This document shows positions 55,351-64,000 of a stretch of 64,000 bases of DNA, in pieces. Position numbers and translations under genes: made by a program. Numbering within the stretch: position 1 is the first letter of the stretch; each line of letters starts with the position of its first letter. Origin of the DNA: Octopus vulgaris (Eukaryota); the NCBI GenBank assembly GCA_951406725.2, contig OX597816.1, positions 34,472,001 to 34,536,000 on the forward strand. The letters are read 5' to 3'. The notes beneath the pieces are model-generated. The model had not been told where the DNA came from. It did not search any database and saw only the letters and a list, made by a program, of their open reading frames with translations.

Positions 55351-57616
55351 AGAGAGAGAGAGAGAGAGAGTAATGACATATTACAAGTGCATATGAGCGT
55401 ACGGGCACTATTTCCCTTTGGCAGAACAGTCTGATAACCATGTCTGCGTGATTTGGTTAGTGTAGCCAACCGCTTTGCCTCGTGCATAGATACACACTGC
55501 GGCCTGTCACGAGACACGGGAAGGTTTTTTTATGAGTTCTAGTCAGGCCTTACGAAAAGTAAGACGTATTGTAATGTCTTTGTGTGAACTCAACATCACA
55601 TTGAAATATCTAATGGAGAAACATTCTAGAATTTAATACCAGATTATGATACTGTTCGAACATTTATATCGTCCCATATTTTTACATTATGAAGTAACTG
55701 TATCAGTTATATTTTTAATATGCTGCATATACCGCATTTGGATTTCTATTATGACAAGGAGCCTGAACATACCTTCTATTCACCTAGCACATCGGTATGT
55801 CCTATCTCTGAATGCTATGCACAGTCTGCTGGAAAGCAATCTTCGATTTAATTCTATCGCCAATTCTTCTTCCAATAAGTTATTATTGTTTTGTTAAGCC
55901 CCCTGAAAGTTGTCTATTATTCACATGTACATGGAATTATAACTACTGCATTACAAGGTAATCTGTTATTGATATTATAAACCCTTAGATAATATTTTAC
56001 TGCCTATCCACTAAAAGATTAAGCAGAGGGAGTAGACAAATGCTGAGAGACGATTGGATATATAGGTAGCGATGTTAGTAGTAGCAAGTGCTAAGTAGTT
56101 TTGCTTGACGAGGCAAAGAGGAAATGGGGGAAGGAATTCAAATCATGTAGATGGTGTTGCTCTAAAGGGGGTGAGCTATGTTGGATGTAGTATTAAAAAG
56201 GAATGTATGTAGAATTGTTTATGTTATTAGTGAGACGGTGTTGCAACTATAGGTTAACTGTAATTAAGGTTAATTGTATTTAGGGAATTACATAAATTTT
56301 ATAAAGAATTGGCAAACAATGAGTATAATGTGTCTTTATATAAAAGTATGAGATGTAAGAATCTATTAAATAATCGTGATTTGTGTTTGCGAATGATGGT
56401 GAATGATTTCCATAAACGTTCACAAAGGAGCCCCTACTGACGATGTTTCCAGAGAGGGTATCGGCAATATTTTGAGATTTGAAGTTGTGTATATAAGTGG
56501 CTAAAGAAGTAGATTACTTAGAAGTTAGATTGGAGAAAGCGTTCGAGTATGTTCGGTAGCTTGGAAGCAAGGATGTCGCGGATGTAGACCCTTGCTTGAT
56601 GGGAATGCGGTGTTACTACACGGCGATTGTAGATTACGTTTTTGCGTCAAAATGGGTAGAGTAGGGACACCCGTCAGTTGAAGTTTTGCCTGCCTGCAAT
56701 GGTTTTGGAACTGATCATTTGGAAGTTCAGGCACATGTGGTCCTTTACCAGGAGGCAAGAGCGATAGATATTATCAATGGCAGTGGTGAAGTTTTTGTCT
56801 TTAAGAGGAAGCAATTATGAATTCTATATTTCGAATACTTTGTATCGTTTTCAATATAAAAACAGTATAGGTTGGAATACCAGATTGAGAGTTCATTTAC
56901 TTGAATAATATTTGAATAATATTTATTTGAATAGTATTTCATCATATTGTAGAACTTATAATGCATGGATGAATCATGAAATTCAAAGATTCTGAATCTG
57001 GAATTCTTTTTTAAGAATGCATTCAAATTACAGGCAGAAAGTAAACTTTTTATACGACGATAGATACACAAACATTATCTTATTCTTTTAAAAATTAGTC
57101 ATTCAAAATTTTAATCTTCCGTAATTTATGATGTCCATCAACTTTACATACTATATATTTATTTATTTCCTTAATAGCTATATTTTAAATTGAAATAATA
57201 ATACAAATATATGTGACAACTAATTAATAAAAGTATTCAATTGCACTTAATAATAATTTAAACGTATTATTCACTTGAAAACATTTCAATTATTATCATA
57301 TCAATGAATTTGTTTTGGAGGGAAGTTATATTTTCTCACATAAATAGTTAATGTCAAAATAATACATTCCCTTTCACATAAACGATGTTTTAAGTATAAA
57401 ATTATCCTTCGAACAATATCTTTCGAAGAAGAATATGTTTCGTCTTAAGGAGGACTGAAAGTATGTTCCAAAAATAATTACATAGTAATAGAGGTGGAAA
57501 TCTGGAAGAATAACAAGCTAGAAATTTACAATTTTTAATTCTGTATTTAAGAGATAAGGAATTATGTACACAATAATATCATTTGACGGATATTTGACCT
57601 CATGCTGTTTGTTGTT

Positions 57617-57662
57617 ACCCCAACGTTTCGGCTGATATGCCCTCCAACCTTCATCAGGTATC
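57617..57662 (-). ncRNA. Minimal hammerhead ribozyme-like motif (helix I degenerate in this copy)
   Basis: CUGAUGA-A-GGUUG(loop)CAGCC-GAAAC-GUU, with palindromic AACGUU at helix III. Confidence 0.55.
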
Positions 57663-57715
57663 ATGGAAATTTCGAACCTGTTTTCTCATTCCTTTTTCGA
57701 TGTTGTTGTTGTTGT

Positions 57716-57726
57716 TATTATTATTA

Positions 57727-57812
<86 letters not shown>

Positions 57813-57884
57813 GTTGTTGTTGTTATTATTATTATTATTATTATTATCATTGTTATTGGTATCGTTATTATTATTATTATTATC

Positions 57885-57928
<44 letters not shown>

Positions 57929-57954
57929 CGTTATTATTATTATTATTATTATTA

Positions 57955-57997
<43 letters not shown>
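57716..57997. repeat. Interrupted (TTA)n microsatellite inside the PLE terminal repeat
   Basis: Direct reading. Confidence 0.95.
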
Positions 57998-58000
57998 CAT

Positions 58001-58075
58001 TCAGGTCATTACCTGGAATCGAACTCGGAATCTCTGGGTTAGGAGCCCGCGCTCTTAAGCACTACGCCATATGCC
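58001..58075 (-). promoter_or_regulatory. tRNA-like Pol III cassette (A and B boxes); not a functional tRNA
   Basis: ggcataTGGCGTAGTGcttaagagcgc-ggg ctcctaa ccc-agagattccgaGTTCGATTCcagg; anticodon-like and T-like arms are present, but there is no good acceptor stem. Confidence 0.7.
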
Positions 58076-58675
58076 AATTATGGAGTGAATTCTTAGGGCT
58101 TATACATCCATTTCCCTATCATTCCTTAATGTCGGCTGGAGGGTATATCAGCCGAAACGTTGTCTTAACAACAACCAAGATGAGAACAAATATCCGTCAA
58201 ATGTAAATAACGTAAACAATGTACTATTTTTAAATCTCACAACGTGAGATATTCTGCAACGGTACTTTTCTGGTTTAAGAGGAATGTTGTTCTAATTTAG
58301 ACCCAAGAAATATCGTCTCCAGCTCGCTATACGAGACGATATGTGTCCTTATATTTTCGAACAAGAGAGTCTTGCACCCACACTCAGCTCATAACAATAT
58401 ATGTGTATCGCGATTTCCGGGCTTTTTCCTTTCGTTACTATCGCAACAGTGCGGATACTTATTGATCAGTTCACGTATGACATAGAAATTCACTTTTGCA
58501 TAACTTCCTCTGTGTGTGTGTGTGCGCGCGCGCGCATGTGGGTGTGAGTACGTCCTCGCGTACGTGTACATGAGTGTCCATATGTGTGTGTGTATTTGTG
58601 AAATATTGTGTGCATGTATGCATGTTTTTGAATATGTCTCTATACCTATGTTTGCTCATATTTTACGTATAAATG

Positions 58676-58711
<36 letters not shown>

Positions 58712-58740
58712 AACAAGGAGATGTGGAACACGAGTTGTGA

Positions 58741-59057
58741 TATATAAAAAGGAAATGAAGAAAATGCTGACAAAATAATTTAAGTAATTTAAGTAATTTA
58801 ATTAGGTGAAGTTCTTTTTACCGGTTGCGCATTTGTTATGCTTATCAAAAAGAGAGATAGTGTTCTTTCTGATATATTTTTCCTCTTATCTGGAGGAAAA
58901 AATCCTCATTAGAGGAAAAAATATATCAGAAAGGAACTCTATCTCTCTTTTTGATAAGCATTACAAATGCGAAACCGGTAAAAAGAACTTCACCTAATTA
59001 AATTACTTAAATTACTTAAATTATCTTGTCAGCATTTTCTTCATTTCCTTTTATATA
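58741..59057. repeat. Near-perfect hairpin of about 320 bp (arms about 146 bp, 24-nt centre)
   Basis: 58741-58886 is the reverse complement of 58911-59057 with few mismatches; TA-rich flanks. Confidence 0.95.
58946..58986 (+). ncRNA. Candidate minimal hammerhead ribozyme with U3:A8 core variant
   Basis: UUU-UUGAUAA-GCAUU aca AAUGC-GAAA-CCGG-UA/AAA; predicted cleavage after 58980. Confidence 0.5.
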
Positions 59058-59107
59058 TATATATATATATAAAGCATATATATATGTATATATGTGTATG
59101 TATATGC

Positions 59108-59163
<56 letters not shown>

Positions 59164-59191
59164 CTGTGCATGTGTGTGTGTGTGTGTGTAA

Positions 59192-59483
59192 GGCGTAATG
59201 GCCCAGTGGTTAGGGCAGCGGATCGTGGTCTTAGGATCGCGGTTTCGATTCGCAGACCGGGCTTTGTGAGTGTTTATTGAGCAAAAACACCTAAAGCTCC
59301 ACGAGGCTCCGGCAATGGGTGGTGGCGATACCTGCTGTACTCTTTCGCCACAACTTTCTCTCTTTCTTCTGTTGGACTGCTCGCTTAGCCGGCGGGGTCG
59401 CTTGATTTCAAGGCTAAAACTATGCGAAGCGCATTGTGACCATCGATGTGTAGCTACATCTGATAGCCTGGTCGGTCACGGTG
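59192..59483 (+). mobile_element. tRNA-derived SINE family C
   Basis: A box tggcccagtgg, B box gtttcgattc, GC-rich body of about 290 bp between microsatellites. Confidence 0.8.
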
Positions 59484-59693
59484 ATATATATGTATGTATG
59501 TATGTATATGTATATATACGCACACATATATATACACGTACATATACATATATATGTGTATGTATATATATATACATATAAATATATACATATATATGTA
59601 TATATATGTGTATATATATATGTATATATATATATATACACATATAAATATATACTTATATAAGTATATGTATGTGTGTATATATAGTATATG

Positions 59694-59730
<37 letters not shown>

Positions 59731-60709
59731 TTTCATTTATTTTGAAAGATCTCCTGGACGTGAAGACGTATGTTGAAAGAAATATTGTTTTGGGTGGGTC
59801 TTCACTCCGATAATAAAGACACATATACTGGTACAATATCACCTATTTATTGTTAGAAAATCGGTTAAGTATGTAACCCACAAATTATCTGATTAATTTT
59901 TGTTGGCTAAATATTCATAATTGTTTTTATTTCCTCGCTATTCGCGATGCCTGCACGTATTCCTCTGTGCACGTATTCCTCTGTGTGTGTGTGTGTGTGT
60001 GTGTGTGTACAGACTTCTCGTTTGCTTACAAAGACAACATGTGAGAATAAACGAAGATTATGTGTGACTGTGCATAGTTGCAGTTCCTTATGGGTTTCTG
60101 GAATAGAGTGATGCCGACAACAATTGTTTCTTTAATTAGACATAATCTGTTGCAGCTTCTTTAATTTCATCTATCTAATGAATATTTTATTACCGGTGAT
60201 TTCACTGTCTAGTTTTATAGTAATACTACCCATAATACTTCTGGTTACTTAAATTGAAGTCATTTTATTGGAACGGAATTCGTTTGCATTTTATTAGACT
60301 TTGAATTTTATTAGATTTTATTGGATTTATTAGGTTTTGAATTCGTTGTATAAACGTATCATCATGCTCTTCAGTACGGAAGTATGTTTATATGGAGTTG
60401 GAACGTAGATATCTCACGAATAGTTTTACCACGATTATTTTAACCGAACTTCTCAATATGAAATTCAATTCTCATCCAGACTACTACATATGCATAGAAT
60501 TTCATTCTTATCTGTATATACACAGCGTTCCTTTTAATTTCATATGACCACTTACGCCTCTAAACATCTTTCTCTGTGTGTAGATGTGTGTGTTCGTGTG
60601 AGTATGTGCATATGTGAGTGTGTCTGTGTGTTTATTTATGTTTATATGTACATATGAACATGCCTAAGCATACATACACATAATCAATGACAGACACATA
60701 CACATAGAC

Positions 60710-61225
60710 AGGGAGACAGAAAGAGAGAAAGAGAAAGAATGAAAGAAAGAAAGAAAGAAAGAAAGAGAGAAAATGAGAGGAGAGGAAGTGAGAGAATGAG
60801 AAACAGAGAGAGGGAAAATAGAGAGAGAAAGAGAAAGAATGAGAAAGACAGAGAGAAGGACAGAAAGTGGCAGAAAAATATAGAAGGAAGGAAGGGAAGA
60901 AGGAAGGGAAAAGGAAAGAGTGAAAAAAGAAGGAAGGAAGGAAGGAAGGAAGGAAAAGGAAGGTAAGTAGGAAAGAATGAAAGAAAAAAGGAATGAAATA
61001 TGAAAGCAAAGGAGGAAGGATAGAAAGAGAGAAAGAAGGAAGGAGAGGTGGGAAAGAAGCAAAGAAAGAAAGAAGGAAAGAAAAAGAGGACGGAAATATA
61101 GAAGGAAAGAAGGAAAGAAAGAAGGACAGAAAGATAGAAGGAAAGAAGGAAAGAGAGAAGGAAAGAAGAAGGAAAGATGGAAGGAAAGAAGTAAGGAAAG
61201 AAGGAATGAAAGAAAGAAGAAAAGA
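60710..61225. repeat. Polypurine low-complexity tract (GAAA/GGAA/GA)
   Basis: About 515 bp almost entirely A/G on the plus strand. Confidence 0.95.
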
Positions 61226-61693
61226 CTGATGCACTTTTTAATTAAAGGTATAGAAATTTTCTTGAAATTACGGATGTTTTACCTCAGTGAATGAATCTGC
61301 CAAGAAAAATAGAATTTAACTAAAACCATTTAATAGGAACGAATCTTCATTGATAAGAATGAAGCAAAACGTAGCTACAAATAAATCCAAATTCTACAGA
61401 AATTTAAAAAAAAATGTCGGATAATATTTTGTTGGGAATTACGGTGTTGACGGACTTAATTGATATCAGAGTAAAACACAATAATGATTATTACAACATT
61501 AGCACTGAACGTTTCTTTTTTTTGTAATTCTATTTTAAATTTTGTATAATTACAAACACTCGGTAGTCAATCTCATAAGAAGGGTCGATTTTATGAATGT
61601 ATTCAAATAAATATATTAAAATGCATGACGAAATTATGCAGTGTATAATTGTATTTTATATATAATTAGAATGATATATATATATATTTATTT

Positions 61694-61773
61694 ATTTATT
61701 CTTAATATTGACTGATACTTCTCAATATATATATATATATATTGAGAAGTATCAGTCAATATTAAAAATAAAT
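61694..61773. repeat. AT-rich palindrome centred on (TA)n
   Basis: atttattcttaatattgactgatacttctcaa-(ta)n-ttgagaagtatcagtcaatattaaaaataaat, one mismatch. Confidence 0.95.
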
Positions 61774-63532
61774 TATCGTTAAAGGTTCAATATACAAATT
61801 AAAACAAGTAATTATATATTATTAATTGAATTACAAAATACATCTTCATAGGATTTGTTGTGAAATGTATTTTAATTCATTAATTAATTCGTGGAATTGC
61901 CTATTTTCCGTCACTTTCTTTACGTTCTATACAGTTATTGGATTCGATGCTACTGGCGATCATCCTAATTTATTCGCATTTATAGACATTTCCGGTAAGC
62001 ATAGCGTGAGAATATCGGTTTCAATGTGAAATTATATGGTATCAGCTTGAAAAAAATGTAAACACGAAAACAAATCAATAAATGTCTGCCAGAAGAATGA
62101 TGGGAATTGTAACTCTTTGAGGGTTGCTTACAAATTTTACAAATGATTTTAGTACTGGGATTTTTTTTCTTTTGTGAAATAGATAAACACTCTGCTCTTT
62201 GTATATCTTGTAATGTACTAATGAACAAATGCTTTAAGTTGTGTCATATTTACACAGTGTAGCGAGGCAGAAATAACACACAACTTCTGATATTGTGTGC
62301 ATAAATTTGTTTGTTAGATATTGAGAAACAAAGCATTGCAGAGCCTTAATATTGAAAGCCATATCAAACTCAAACTAAATATATAGAAATTAATACTAAT
62401 TATAAAGTGATCGCTGCATTTATCGATTGAAATATTCATAGGAAATATTCATTACTTAAAATGCTCCTTTTATTTGCATAACATCCAGAACGGTTGCGAG
62501 GATAAGAGATATGTTTATTTGCAAAGGTGTGGTTTTATTATAGAAGATTTGGACATAGTTACTATAAATGAATATAGATTAAACAGAATACTGTCAGGTC
62601 ATACTACAGATGTGAAGATAAACAGTGACTTCAATTACAGATATGCGAAACAAGTACAATGTACACAACAATATTATTTGTATATTCTGTGAAAAGTTGG
62701 GTTGCTGTATTTTCTTGAAGCTAAAGGGAAGATACAAAATCTTACACTAACTGAAATTTTGTAGTGTAACAGAATTGATGATGCACCGTCGATATGGTGG
62801 CGCAACGAAAATAAATATCATAGAATGTAGCAGGCAGATGTTCAGTAGTGTTAAACACAAAGATAGCTAGTTAATTCGATATTCAAATTTTTGACACACA
62901 CGTGACTGTAAATTAGCGATTCTGCCGCTATCAATAATTAGAATCTAATACAATGGTGATATACTAAAATGAATATTTGGAAATAGCATGGGATGAACAT
63001 TCGTATAGTTCATATATTTCATATCTTACGAAAAAAAGCTATATAGACTTCCTCTTCACAAAGATTTATGTTACAATCAAATGAACGTGAAATATCAATG
63101 CTCATAGAACGCAATATTTTCGATTATACGCAAGGGTGGCGTGAAAAAAATATCTAATATATTTTCAACACTCTTAACTGACGGCATTTCGCCAGAACGG
63201 AATACCATGGGAGAATGAAGGATGCTCGTGTGACGGGAATTGATAAGAATACGTTCTAAGCAGGAATGTGCATTTTGTAATAGCCCAAAAAACCAAAAAG
63301 AAGAACAAAGCGCATATAAAATGTAGTGTAATTCGACGTTCGGGAGAAAATATGGTTAGCAATCATTCATAGCAGAAAGAGAAATATTAATACGGCCTGA
63401 ACATATGTTGATAACCCATGAATAGATTCCCAAGGAAAGGTTTTGTTTAATGATAAGTGACTATATGCGAATATATATAGTCGTATATATATGTGTGTGT
63501 GTGTGTGCGTGTGTCTGTGTGTATATCTGTGT

Positions 63533-63574
<42 letters not shown>

Positions 63575-64000
63575 TAGATAGATAGATATATATATATGTA
63601 TATACATACATATATGTATAAATGCGTGTGTATTCACACCAATGTATGTATTTGCATGTATACATACTCACCTATACATGTATGTTTGTATGTAAGTGTG
63701 TGAGTCTGTGTGCGCGCGCAAATCGGTACATGGATATCTGAAAGCTTTATATGCATTACACACAAAAAGAAGGTTAATGGGAAGCACACAGATATATTTT
63801 TAAAAAAACAAAAATAGAAACCTGAAGGAAAAGACGTGGAGCTACAAGGTTGTCATAATATATTTCATTACGTAAAATAATACATAATCTCTTTAATGAG
63901 TATCAATATTTCCATTGATCTTTTAAAAATTCTAAACTTTTGATGATTCATACGTCGATTGCCAATCATCTGAGAACGAGTAATGGTCATGTTATTTCAA

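Larger units (their letters stand above)
57537..58215 (-). mobile_element. Truncated PLE: terminal repeat (57537-58128) plus an inverted partial repeat (58131-58212)
   Basis: Homologous to 48938-49200. ggctggagggtatatcagccgaaacgttg...aaatatccgtcaaatg (+) mirrors catttgacggatattt...caacgtttcggctgatatgccctccaacc; inverted partial pLTRs are typical of PLE insertions. Confidence 0.8.

Noticed and set aside
59192-59265. Possible tRNA gene
   Set aside because: No proper acceptor stem, and it continues into a SINE body.
60632-61234. 200-aa F/L/S-rich ORF and antisense K/E/R-rich ORFs
   Set aside because: By-product of the polypurine tract.

Overview
AT-rich, microsatellite-dense eukaryotic DNA whose SINE and retroelement content resembles an octopus (coleoid cephalopod) genome; the organism is inferred, not proven. 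There is no complete host gene. The only long ORF (485..2824, minus strand) belongs to a young, 5'-truncated R4/Dong-clade non-LTR retrotransposon (reverse transcriptase, CCHC knuckle, restriction-like endonuclease). It sits in a (TAA)n array together with two more truncated copies of itself. The rest of the window holds older R4 relics, two kinds of Penelope-like element (PLE), Tc1/mariner and maT relics, at least three tRNA-derived SINE families, and several long fold-back inverted repeats. There is also a candidate terminal exon plus a micro-exon of a minus-strand gene. Two observations stand out. First, a PLE terminal repeat, seen twice, carries a tRNA-like Pol III head, then (TAA)n, then a minimal hammerhead ribozyme motif. 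Second, a ~320-bp hairpin element carries a minimal hammerhead with a U3:A8 covariant core. Nearly all short ORFs in the supplied track are microsatellite artefacts. All alignments and folds were done by eye.
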